Assembly: GCA_003132305.1 (NCBI GenBank)
Contig: PKXJ01000011.1
Coordinates: 48,977 to 112,976 of the forward strand
Direction: 5' to 3'
DNA: 64,000 nt
Source: Acidimicrobiaceae bacterium
GTDB taxonomy: Bacteria; Actinomycetota; Acidimicrobiia; Acidimicrobiales; RAAP-2
Numbering within the stretch: the stretch's first letter is position 1; each line of letters begins with the position of its first letter. The notes beneath the pieces were generated by a model. The model was not told the origin of the DNA and ran no database searches. It saw only the letters and a program-made list of their open reading frames with translations. Shown piece by piece: positions 1 to 8,420 of this stretch. The position numbers and the translations under genes were made by a program.

Positions 1-1
1 C

Positions 2-952
2 GCCGCTGGGTTAGTAGGCGTGGCCACGGCTACCGACGGGGGAGGCTCCGTTCGTATTCCCGCCGCCCTCTGTGGACTCGTGGGCCTCAAGCCGACCAAC
101 GGCGTGGTGGGTCGTTGGCCGGCTCCCGATTGGATCGACTACTCCACCGATGGACCCTTGGCCACCTCGTGCGACGACCTCCGTTTGCTCGTTGACGTGA
201 TGTGTGGTCCCGTCGGCGGCGATCCGACGTCGCCACCGGTCGCACTCGCCAGCCAGTGGCCGCGTCACGAGGGTCGACCAGTCCAACTCTTTGCGGCCGA
301 ACGAACGTCTCCACTCGGTCCACTCAGCCGGCCGGTGACCACTCTCTTTCACGAGGCCGTTGGCGCGTTCGCCGATCGTTTCGACGCGCCAGTGAAGTGG
401 TTGGACGCGGAAAGTTTCTTCACCGACGGAGACCCGGACCTTGACTGGTTCACGGTGACGAGCGCCGAGCACGTAGCCGCGCTCGGGCGCTACTGGGTGC
501 GCGAACACATGGACGAGTTCCACGTCGCCACCCAGGAGTTTCTCGTGACGGGACTGAATGTCACGATTGATGAGTATCTCGCCGCCCGGCGCCGGCGCTA
601 CCTGTACGTGCGTTCGCTGGATGAACTGCTGAGTCACGACGGACTGCTCCTCACGCCCACGGTGGCGTCGGAGGGATGGCTCGCCGACGGACGAATGAAC
701 GCCGACTCTGATGTTCACGGGCTCGCGCCCGAGGTGTACTCGACCGCCATGCAGAACGTCACGGGCAATCCCGCGCTCAGTGTCCCGTTCGGATATCTTC
801 CGTCCGGATTACCCTTCGGCCTGCAGATCACGGCCGAGCACTATCACGACTACCGATTACTCGACATCGCGGAGGTGATGGAGGCGGCGTATCCCTGGGC
901 GCGGACGGCCGATGGTTACGAGGGTCTCGAAACGGTGTTGGACTTGGTCTAG
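2..952 (+). CDS. amidase (amidase-signature family), 5' end cut by window edge
   Basis: Frame is open from nt 2. First residues AAGLVGVATATDGGGSVRIPAALCGLVGLKPT match the Gly/Ser-rich amidase signature. Stop at 952. Confidence 0.8.
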   Translation, partial: AAGLVGVATATDGGGSVRIPAALCGLVGLKPTNGVVGRWPAPDWIDYSTDGPLATSCDDLRLLVDVMCGPVGGDPTSPPVALASQWPRHEGRPVQLFAAERTSPLGPLSRPVTTLFHEAVGAFADRFDAPVKWLDAESFFTDGDPDLDWFTVTSAEHVAALGRYWVREHMDEFHVATQEFLVTGLNVTIDEYLAARRRRYLYVRSLDELLSHDGLLLTPTVASEGWLADGRMNADSDVHGLAPEVYSTAMQNVTGNPALSVPFGYLPSGLPFGLQITAEHYHDYRLLDIAEVMEAAYPWARTADGYEGLETVLDLV

Positions 953-1032
953 AGCCCATCGAGTGTCGGGTGCCACGTCGCGGCGTGTTCGTCCGTGGGC
1001 GCTCGCATTTTTGATGCACCGTTGCCCCTCGA

Positions 1033-1683
1033 GTGTCGGTGACCACTTCGTGGAACAATGGACACGTGTACATACCTCCCAAGCACGCGGTCGACAACGA
1101 CGAAGCGTGGCAGATCGTGCGGGACGCGGGCGCCGGCCTGCTCATCATTTCAACACCGGAGGGCCTGGCGAGCGTGTTTGTCCCCGTCGTCGTGAGTGAG
1201 GATCGACGAACCTTGACCTCTCATGTGGCCAAGGCCAACTCGTGGTGGAAGTCGGTGAGTGGCGATACCGAGGTTCTCGCCATTTTCCTCGTCGCGAGCG
1301 CGTACGTCTCACCGACGTACTACCCGAGCCGTCTCGAGAATCCCCGCGTGGTACCAACGTGGAACTACGTGATCGCGGAAGTTCGCGGCCGACTGACGCT
1401 CCACGAGGAACTCGAATGGATGCAGAACCAAGTTCGCGCCGTCACCGGGCAGTTCGAGAGCGGTCGTTCCCCCGAGTGGCGAGTCGACGATCTCGACCCA
1501 CAGTACCGAGACCAACAGCTCAGGGCGATCGTCGGAATGGAAATTGAGGTCACCTCCATTGAGGGGAAAGCCAAGATGTCCCAGAATCGACCCGAAGTGG
1601 ATCAGAAGAGTGTCCGAGACCATCTTGCCGAGAGAACGCTCCCCGAGCAAAACGTCGCGAATCGGATGAAGCCGATCAGCTGA
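1033..1683 (+). CDS. FMN-binding negative transcriptional regulator, PaiB family
   Basis: 216 aa. N-terminal VYIPPKHAVDNDEAWQIVRDAGAGLLIST and the overall length resemble PaiB-like proteins. Confidence 0.7.
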   Translation: MSVTTSWNNGHVYIPPKHAVDNDEAWQIVRDAGAGLLIISTPEGLASVFVPVVVSEDRRTLTSHVAKANSWWKSVSGDTEVLAIFLVASAYVSPTYYPSRLENPRVVPTWNYVIAEVRGRLTLHEELEWMQNQVRAVTGQFESGRSPEWRVDDLDPQYRDQQLRAIVGMEIEVTSIEGKAKMSQNRPEVDQKSVRDHLAERTLPEQNVANRMKPIS

Positions 1684-1707
1684 TTGGTCGTATCCGCCGG
1701 GCCGAAA

Positions 1708-1728
1708 GCGCCCACTGGTGCGCCTTTT
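1708..1728 (+). terminator. weak hairpin plus T-run after the paiB-like gene
   Basis: gcgccCACTggtgcgc forms a GC stem with one bulge, followed by cTTTT, about 25 nt after the stop. Short and imperfect. Confidence 0.2.
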
Positions 1729-1872
1729 GCCGAGTCGATGAACGCACGGTGGCGTCTCTTTCGACAGAGTCCTCCTCGAGGGTACAAACTCCGCTATTTT
1801 CTTCGCAGGCGTTGTAATCGCAACGCCGTCGGCGTGATCGAGTTCTGATCCGATTCATGTCTTGGGGGAGCT

Positions 1873-3360
1873 ATGAGTGCAGGTTTTACTTCGGAGTCGC
1901 TTGGTGCCAAGGAGCCGAATTTACCAGGCGAACATGAGCGACTGCGACAGGGCGTACTAGGCCTTCTCGACATCTCGGCCGCGACCATGGCCAACATCGG
2001 TCCGGCCATGAGCTTCTACTTCGGCTTTGGTTACTTGGCGTTCACCGCAGGCCTCGCGTCGCCGTTGACCATTGTGGCGGCCGGTGTCGCTATCTTGTTT
2101 CTCGGCAACACGTTGTCCGAGTTCACCAAGGTCCTGCCGTCGGCGGGTGGATTTATCTCCTTCATCGGCAAGACCTTCGGGGGGCGAACCGGTGTCACCA
2201 CCGCGATATTGACGGGCACTGGCTATATCGCGGCCATGGCGTCAGTCATCGCCATCGTTGGTGGGTTCTTCCAGACGATTCTGCAGAACTACAACGTCGC
2301 GGGATTACAGAGCGTGCCGTGGATCGTCTGGGTTCTGATCTTCTTGGCTTTTGCGTCGTTCATGATGGTGCGAGGAATCACGATTTCCACCAAGTTGGCG
2401 GGTCTCTTCTTCGCGTTCGAAATGACGGTGATGATTGTGATCAGCGTCGTGACGCTGGTGAAGTTCCACGCCCACATCAACTTCCAACCCTTTGAACCCA
2501 AGAACATCACCGGGGGCTTCAAGGGTCTGGCCGAAGGCTTCCCGCTCGCGATCTACCTCTTCATCGGCTGGGAAAACTCGGCAGCTCTCGCCGAGGAGAC
2601 CGACAACCCCCGCAAGAACGTGCCTCGGGCCGTCTTCACGTCGATCTGTATCATGCTCGTCGCCTACACGTTCTTTGCGTTCTCCACGGTGGTTGGATTC
2701 AAGGACAACGTCACGGCGCTGAGTAGTGCGACCGTGCCGTTCCTCTCGGTGGCGAAAGAGACCTTTGCCGTAGGACTCTTCTTCGCCTTCCTGGCGGGAA
2801 TGACCTCGACGCTCGGCGCCTTGATTGCCGGTACGAACTCGCAAGCTCGTCTCATCTTTAACGCCGGGCGCGAGGGACTTCTGCCAAGGACCATTGGCAA
2901 AGTCCACTCGACACGTCGCACGCCCATGAACGCGCTCTTCGTGTTTCTCGGGCTAGGGCTGGCGATCATTGGCGTGTGGGGACTCGGTCACATCATTGGC
3001 GGTCACGCGACGTCGGGCTCGATGCACGCACTGACGATGTTCCAAGAGTCGTCGACGTTTGGCACCATTTTGTTGCTCCTCGTCTACGGGCTCAGTAACT
3101 TGGCGTTGCCCTTCTACTACAAGAAGTTTCACCCGAATCTGTACAATCCCTTCCGTCACGCCGTGCTACCGATCGTCGGTACGTTGTGGATCTTGGTGCC
3201 GCTGTACTACCTCTCCAAGCCGGGCCAGACTGCGCCCTACAGCTGGTACCCGTACATGGCGCTCGGTGTCGTGATTCTGGCGATTATTTACGCGTCGGTG
3301 CTCGTGCGGCGCGATCCCCGTATTGGCGATCGCGTGGGTTCAATCATCGCGGACGAGTAG
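1873..3360 (+). CDS. APC-family amino acid/polyamine permease
   Basis: 495 aa, about 12 hydrophobic segments. FIGWENSAALAEETDNPRKNVPRA is the typical APC signature region. Confidence 0.85.
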   Translation: MSAGFTSESLGAKEPNLPGEHERLRQGVLGLLDISAATMANIGPAMSFYFGFGYLAFTAGLASPLTIVAAGVAILFLGNTLSEFTKVLPSAGGFISFIGKTFGGRTGVTTAILTGTGYIAAMASVIAIVGGFFQTILQNYNVAGLQSVPWIVWVLIFLAFASFMMVRGITISTKLAGLFFAFEMTVMIVISVVTLVKFHAHINFQPFEPKNITGGFKGLAEGFPLAIYLFIGWENSAALAEETDNPRKNVPRAVFTSICIMLVAYTFFAFSTVVGFKDNVTALSSATVPFLSVAKETFAVGLFFAFLAGMTSTLGALIAGTNSQARLIFNAGREGLLPRTIGKVHSTRRTPMNALFVFLGLGLAIIGVWGLGHIIGGHATSGSMHALTMFQESSTFGTILLLLVYGLSNLALPFYYKKFHPNLYNPFRHAVLPIVGTLWILVPLYYLSKPGQTAPYSWYPYMALGVVILAIIYASVLVRRDPRIGDRVGSIIADE

Positions 3361-3372
3361 TTTCGCCCTCAT

Positions 3373-4281
3373 TTACAAAAAATGTACCGGGTGAACCTGA
3401 CGCACCGACTTCCATCGGCGTCCCCAGCCCTTGGCGCAGCGATCGGCCCGCCTTCGCTCCTTCGCGGACAGCCTTTTGGTCAATCGTTTCAATGAGGGAT
3501 GATCCTTCGCTACCCGCCTCATCCAGGCACGGGCCACCACGTGGTCGTGCTGATCGCCAAGACGCTTCTGCAGTCGATCCAAGCGCGTCGCGAATCGTTT
3601 GGTGGGCGTTCCCAGCCAGTCTTCAAAGGCTTGCGCCGCGTACATCGTCCGCTTGGCGGCAATACGAAGGTGGTGAAGTTGGGCGTCGCTGGCGCCGCGC
3701 TTAGTCTTCCGCGCCGCTCGCTGGAGCTTATGCCAAGAGACGTACATGACTCGTTGAGCGATTGGTCGGATCGGGAGCGTCGACACGGGTAGGGACTGTA
3801 AGGAAGTTCGATACTCGGTCATGGCTGTCAGTGCGTCTTGATACGTGGTCGAATGAATCATCGCGTCGGCGGACAGTTGTTTTTCTCGCCGCAGTTCGGT
3901 CACTATCTCCATCAGTTCGCGTCCTTGCCGTGACCCAATCCGATCACCTAGGGCGTCGATAACCAGCTTCTCGAGAATCTCGGCGTCGCGAAGCTTCCCC
4001 AAGGGCTCGCCGACCGTCTTAAGGCGTCCAACTAAGTCTTCTGAAGAGAGTGACTCTTCGACGTCGGACATCATCTCCAATCGATACAGAACGCGGCGAA
4101 ACGCTAAACGTAATTTTCGTATCGACTCGGGATCGTCAGGAACCCCGTCTCTCTTGTTGTCTCGCACCACGGTGTCGGCGACTTCAATCTCATTAGTGGC
4201 GGCGAGCAAGAGTTCGCGCAGGAACGTGCCCACGTTCCCGTGGTCGATAGTGACCTCACTATGGCTTGTCAATTGACCCAC
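3373..4281 (-). CDS. CHAD domain protein (start uncertain)
   Basis: Repeated helical R/K-rich motifs (IRKLRLAFRRVLYRLE, HHLRIAAKRTMYAAQAF, RLDRLQKRLGDQHD) are typical of CHAD. The ORF is open to 4614, but residues before about aa 112 are R/S/T-rich junk-like. GTG at 4281 or TTG at 4272 follow a GGAGG. Confidence 0.6.
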   Translation of the reverse strand: MGQLTSHSEVTIDHGNVGTFLRELLLAATNEIEVADTVVRDNKRDGVPDDPESIRKLRLAFRRVLYRLEMMSDVEESLSSEDLVGRLKTVGEPLGKLRDAEILEKLVIDALGDRIGSRQGRELMEIVTELRREKQLSADAMIHSTTYQDALTAMTEYRTSLQSLPVSTLPIRPIAQRVMYVSWHKLQRAARKTKRGASDAQLHHLRIAAKRTMYAAQAFEDWLGTPTKRFATRLDRLQKRLGDQHDHVVARAWMRRVAKDHPSLKRLTKRLSAKERRRADRCAKGWGRRWKSVRQVHPVHFL

Positions 4282-4468
4282 GCCTCCAATTCTCACAATA
4301 TCTGTCAGCCACAGTGACGGCACATTGGTCAACGTTGAAAGACAGACCACCGTAGGGCCATCACAGCACACCTTGGACTCAGACGCTGGGGATCGACGTC
4401 GCGTACGGGTTTCCTCACCCGCGGTCGATACAAAACTCCGGGCGATGCAAGTCCGTTGGCTCGTATAA

Positions 4469-4723
4469 TCACGGACAATCCGAACTCGCGACGAAGGAGA
4501 CGGAGCCGAGACTCCGCTCGTCTTCACGCGGGTCGCTCCCACAGAGTGGCTGAGGCCCGTGGGCCGCTTGGTGGCCAACGACTTCACGGAAACGCACCGA
4601 CCCGATGGGGTCATCTACGTGCGCGAATTAGCGGGCGTCGCCGATAGTGCGACTGAACTTTTGATCGGGGCGGGGAATCCGCCATCAGCTATTCGAGTCG
4701 AACGATTCGGTCTGTCCGGATGA
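4469..4723 (+). pseudogene. relic of the C-terminus of a ferredoxin-NAD(P) reductase (FNR) family oxidoreductase
   Basis: No usable start codon. Translation ends ...EWLRPVGRLVANDF..DGVIYVRELAGVADSATELLIGAGNPPSAIRVERFGLSG*. This aligns residue-for-residue in spacing with the FNR C-terminal template Y-x-C-G-P-x-x-M-(x11)-G-x-P-x-x-x-I-x-x-E-x-F, but CGP is mutated to REL. An in-frame TAA lies at 4466. Confidence 0.4.
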
Positions 4724-4808
4724 TCTCTCGTCACTCACCTCTGAAGTGATCCGGCCGCGCCCCACACCGGAAAGGTGGCCTCCGAAATCTCATAAGTAAA
4801 GTCAGGTC

Positions 4809-5564
4809 GTGTCAGATTACGCACATTCTGAAGTCAAGGTGACGGTACTCGGTTGCGCCGGATCCTCCTACGACGAAGAGTTGCGGCTCCCGTGTTCGAG
4901 TTATCTAGTGGAGACCCACGAGACAGCGATCCTGCTGGACTGTGGCTTCGGGTCGTTTGAGTCGTACTCGCTGCTCGTGCCCAACTCTCGCCTTGACGCC
5001 ATTTTCGTGAGTCACGCGCACGCCGATCACGTAGCGGACCTCGAAGCATTTATGGACGCCGCGGACGTGTGGCGCGATCAACCACGACTCGTGGCGTCCG
5101 AGCAAACGACGGCTTCTATCGTGCGAGAGCCAGACGCACTCCCGCCGGGCACCCTGGTGCTCGCTCGCGTGGAGACGCACTTAGAACTCCCGTTTCTCGA
5201 GATTGCGTTCTCGCTCACGACGCACCAGATGCCAACGCTCGCCGCCTGCGTTTCCGTGGGTGGTCGCCGAGTCGCGTACGGCGCGGACACGGGACCGACG
5301 TGGGTGATCCCGCCGCACTTTGTTGGTGCGGATCTCGCGATACTGGAGTGCACCTTGGAGACGCGCGATGAAAGTAGTTCACGATTTCATCTCGACGCCC
5401 AAGAAGTGGGCAACCTGGCGCGTGAACTGTCCGCGCGACAGACCTTGATCACGCACGTCCCGCCGCACGAAAACGGCGAAGTCCGCCTCGCCACGGCCCG
5501 CGGCGTCGCGACGAAGGAGAATTTCCTATTGGCGACCACTGGACTTCAAGTGATGTTGAAATGA
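4809..5564 (+). CDS. MBL-fold metallo-hydrolase
   Basis: 251 aa, GTG start. HxHxDH motif (SHAHADHV) and LLDCGFGS. Confidence 0.8.
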   Translation: MSDYAHSEVKVTVLGCAGSSYDEELRLPCSSYLVETHETAILLDCGFGSFESYSLLVPNSRLDAIFVSHAHADHVADLEAFMDAADVWRDQPRLVASEQTTASIVREPDALPPGTLVLARVETHLELPFLEIAFSLTTHQMPTLAACVSVGGRRVAYGADTGPTWVIPPHFVGADLAILECTLETRDESSSRFHLDAQEVGNLARELSARQTLITHVPPHENGEVRLATARGVATKENFLLATTGLQVMLK

Positions 5565-5618
5565 GTGCTGTCGCGACTGGGGGGTCCGTACGCAGTGCGC
5601 CGCCGGTTTACACGAAGA

Positions 5619-7064
5619 TCACCACGTGGGCCAACTCGAAGGTACGGGACCCGGCGGTCCATAGGACTGGGGGAGACCGGGTCGTGCTCCGAGGGCCTGA
5701 AGCAGCGAACTGAAGTTCAGCCCGTAGGCGGTCGAGTTTTTCCCGTTGTACTCCAAGTGGCCAGCGGCTTGTTCCGGTGACGCCGGCGGGTCCCCCCAAC
5801 CAGTTTCGAGGCAGGTCTTCGCGTCGTGCACCTCGCCGACGACTGTCGTCGCGGTGACGTGTTCGCCGATCGCCACCTTCGGGGTGATGTTCTCCGCGAC
5901 GTAGACGTAAAGACCCTTCGCGCGACCACTCGTCAATCGATACGAGATGAACACTCCACTCGGCCAGCCGGGGTCGTAGAGATTCTCGATCACCGCGTCG
6001 CCGAGTGCGTAGATCGGGCCCGACGCGCAGTAGTCCACGCCCTGGTCGATCTCTTGGGGAACGAGCGACGTCAGTGCGCGCAGGGGGTTGAAGTAGCCGT
6101 CGAGCGGCGTCACGTCGACCGCCTCGTAGTAGCCCCCGGTCGTGGGATCGACCGCCAGGGCGCTCGCGAAACCGCCCTCGGGCATCGTTTTCGACGAGGC
6201 GAGCGAACCGTGAGACGTGACTCCGAAGCTGTCGATCGCGCCGTTCGCCCTCAACACGTAGTAGCCCGTTCCACTGGCTACGGCGGCGAGGGCGCTGACG
6301 GGCACGTTGTTGTACGTACCGTGGGCGCTGGCACGCGGTGAACCCTCGTTCGGTGCGTCAAAGTTGGCGACGTCGCCCGTTGACGTCGCGATCCAGTAGC
6401 CCCCGGTCGTGGGATCGACCGCGAGGGCGACCGCGACCACGGGGGCCGTCGTTCGGTAGTACAGATGACCGCCGAGCGAGCCGTGGCCCTTGACGCCGTA
6501 CGCGCCGACCGCTCCGTTCGCTCGAAGTACGTAGTAGCCGGCTCCGTCGGGCGCGGCCGCGATGGCGACGGCGGCCGGATGCTGACCCCACCCTCTCGAC
6601 GGGATTCGGGGTTCGCCGAGGAACGGAGCGTTGAATCCCTGCACCGTGCCGTTGGAGCTCACGATCCAGTAACCCCCGGTCGTGGGATCGAGTGCGATCC
6701 CCGTCGCGGTGGCGCCGAGGGGGAGACTCCCCGCCGCGAGCGAGCCGTAGCTGGGTGCGCCGTAGGCGTCGACGTTGCCGTTCGAACGAAGGACGTAGTA
6801 ACCGTTGCCGTTCACGCTGGCGACAACGCTAACGACAGCCGGACCGGTTGTCGACGGGGCACCCAGGTACGGGGCGTCGTACGCGGCCAACGTCGACGAA
6901 CGTGAGGTCGAGGCTCCCGCCGTGGTGATCGATGAAACTTCACTGAGTGACAGCGTGACGACGAAGCAGAGCACGACGGCGACCAACGCACCCCGAAAGG
7001 GTTCCGCGCGGCCCGCGCGGCGCGGCCCGACCCGTCTTCTCAACAGATATATCTCCCTTTTCAA
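5619..7064 (-). CDS. secreted/membrane-anchored repeat protein with a C-terminal LytM(M23)-like but His-less domain
   Basis: N-terminal basic stretch plus TM/signal (ALVAVVLCFVVTLSL). Two motifs alternate three times: G-x-GYYVLR-x-NG-x-(V/I)-x-x-(Y/F)G and DPTTGGYW(I)..G.V..F.AP. The C-terminus GVDYCASGPIYALGDAVI...GLYVYVAENITPKVAIGEHV..TTVVGEV follows the M23 beta-strand layout without the metal-binding His residues. Confidence 0.75.
   Translation of the reverse strand: MKREIYLLRRRVGPRRAGRAEPFRGALVAVVLCFVVTLSLSEVSSITTAGASTSRSSTLAAYDAPYLGAPSTTGPAVVSVVASVNGNGYYVLRSNGNVDAYGAPSYGSLAAGSLPLGATATGIALDPTTGGYWIVSSNGTVQGFNAPFLGEPRIPSRGWGQHPAAVAIAAAPDGAGYYVLRANGAVGAYGVKGHGSLGGHLYYRTTAPVVAVALAVDPTTGGYWIATSTGDVANFDAPNEGSPRASAHGTYNNVPVSALAAVASGTGYYVLRANGAIDSFGVTSHGSLASSKTMPEGGFASALAVDPTTGGYYEAVDVTPLDGYFNPLRALTSLVPQEIDQGVDYCASGPIYALGDAVIENLYDPGWPSGVFISYRLTSGRAKGLYVYVAENITPKVAIGEHVTATTVVGEVHDAKTCLETGWGDPPASPEQAAGHLEYNGKNSTAYGLNFSSLLQALGARPGLPQSYGPPGPVPSSWPTW
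6133..6691 (-). repeat. intragenic tandem repeat, about 270 bp period, 3 copies
   Basis: The identical 19-mer cccccggtcgtgggatcga occurs at 6133, 6400 and 6673 (spacing 267 and 273 nt). It encodes the DPTTGGY motif of each repeat. Confidence 0.75.
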
Positions 7065-7071
7065 CTTGGGA

Positions 7072-7605
7072 CTACGAGTCGTCGTCGGCGATCTGGCCGC
7101 TGACCTGTTTTAGGACTAACCGCAAGAGACGAGCGAGTTCGTGCTGTTCGGGAGCCGTGAGTCCGCTCACCGCTAGCGTCTCGTGGGTGTTGAATTCGGG
7201 GAAGACCTCTTCAATGAGTCGTTCGCCCGCCTTGGTAAGTCCAATTGACACCCGGCGTCGGTCGTCACGGTGGGGGATCCGCTTGATGAGTTTTCGCGAC
7301 TGCAGGGTCTTCATCACGCCGGTCAACGTGCCCTTGGTGATGCCGGCCTCGGCGGCGACGTGGCCCGTCTCTTGTGCGCCCCAGATCCAGAGCACCCAGA
7401 GCACCGTGAACGCTACCCAACTGAGGTCGTAGTCGGTCAAGAGAGAACGCTCCATGTGATTTCGCACTGCCGAACCCGCGCGATAGATATTCGAGATCGC
7501 GCTCATCGCCGTGAAGTCGAGTTCGTGGTCGTCGAGGCGAGCGCGGATATCGCGCTCGGCCTGTGAGACGACGGTGGCTTTGGAACTGGCGATTCGTCGA
7601 GACAC
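7072..7605 (-). CDS. MarR-family transcriptional regulator
   Basis: 177 aa with a winged-helix region (GHVAAEAGITKGTLTGVMKTLQSRKLIKRIPHRDDRRRVSIGLT). Last gene of the minus-strand catabolic operon, 2 nt after the preceding gene. Confidence 0.85.
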   Translation of the reverse strand: MSRRIASSKATVVSQAERDIRARLDDHELDFTAMSAISNIYRAGSAVRNHMERSLLTDYDLSWVAFTVLWVLWIWGAQETGHVAAEAGITKGTLTGVMKTLQSRKLIKRIPHRDDRRRVSIGLTKAGERLIEEVFPEFNTHETLAVSGLTAPEQHELARLLRLVLKQVSGQIADDDS

Positions 7606-7607
7606 GT

Positions 7608-8420
7608 CTACTCCTCGAGGGTGATGCCACCGTTAAAGGTGGTACCGACCGATCGAAAGTAGCCGCCGAGTATCTCTCGGGGCGCAATGGTGAGCAGCTC
7701 CTCCGAGGGAGAGTCAAAGAGTTCGAGCGTCGCTGAACCGCCGTAAGCGGAGCCGAGGTCTACGTTCACGCCCGCCATCGTCACGACTTCTCTCAGTGAG
7801 TCGCGATCGTCGAGCTCGATACGGGGGAACCAGCGATGATGCAACATTGCGTGGCCGTTGACGAAGCCGTTGGTCGCGCTCTCACCCAGAAGCGTCACCG
7901 TTGCTTGGGCGAGGCGACGATCATTCGCGGCCAGGGTCATGCCGAAGGTGCCACCAGCTTCGAGATGGGGACCGGCTCGGCCTCGGGTGACGGGTCTCGT
8001 TTGGTGAATGGAGCCGAGTTTCTTCGGGTACCCCTGGAGGTAGCCCCTCACGAGAGCGAAGTCCTTGTCGACCCAGATGAAGAGGCACCGACTGTAGAGA
8101 CGATCCTCGTAGCGACAGCGCACGACGACGAAGGCCTCCTTGTACTGAGCGCGCACGGGATCGAGCAGTTCCGCGCCGTCGTCGCCACAGCTTTGCCAGT
8201 CGGCCCAGATAAAGGCGACGGCACCGGGATCCTCGTCGTCGTTCGCGAGCGAAACACCTTCGGGCAAGAGCGCGGCGATCGCCGAGGGGTCCGTGCGGTA
8301 CTCCACCGTGAGGAGATCGCCCGAGTAGTGCCACGGCAGTGGCGGCAAGAGTGACGCCCGACCAGTCGTGGTGCGAGGGAAGGGGAGGCCGCGAAGGGTC
8401 ACGTTGAGGCTCCGGTCCAT
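7608..8420 (-). CDS. acetoacetate decarboxylase (ADC) family protein
   Basis: 270 aa. N-terminal LPFPRTTTGRASLLPPLPWHYSGDLLTVEY and the length are as I recall for ADC-fold/MppR-like proteins. Overlaps the upstream dioxygenase gene by 22 nt. Confidence 0.55.
   Translation of the reverse strand: MDRSLNVTLRGLPFPRTTTGRASLLPPLPWHYSGDLLTVEYRTDPSAIAALLPEGVSLANDDEDPGAVAFIWADWQSCGDDGAELLDPVRAQYKEAFVVVRCRYEDRLYSRCLFIWVDKDFALVRGYLQGYPKKLGSIHQTRPVTRGRAGPHLEAGGTFGMTLAANDRRLAQATVTLLGESATNGFVNGHAMLHHRWFPRIELDDRDSLREVVTMAGVNVDLGSAYGGSATLELFDSPSEELLTIAPREILGGYFRSVGTTFNGGITLEE

Noticed and set aside
4282-4808. RNase P RNA, tmRNA or SRP RNA in the long non-coding stretch
   Set aside because: I checked both strands for GAGGAAAGUCCGG / ACAGAAnCCGGCUUA (RNase P), a tRNA-like ...UCCACCA 3' end (tmRNA) and GGAAGCAGCC (SRP). 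None is present.
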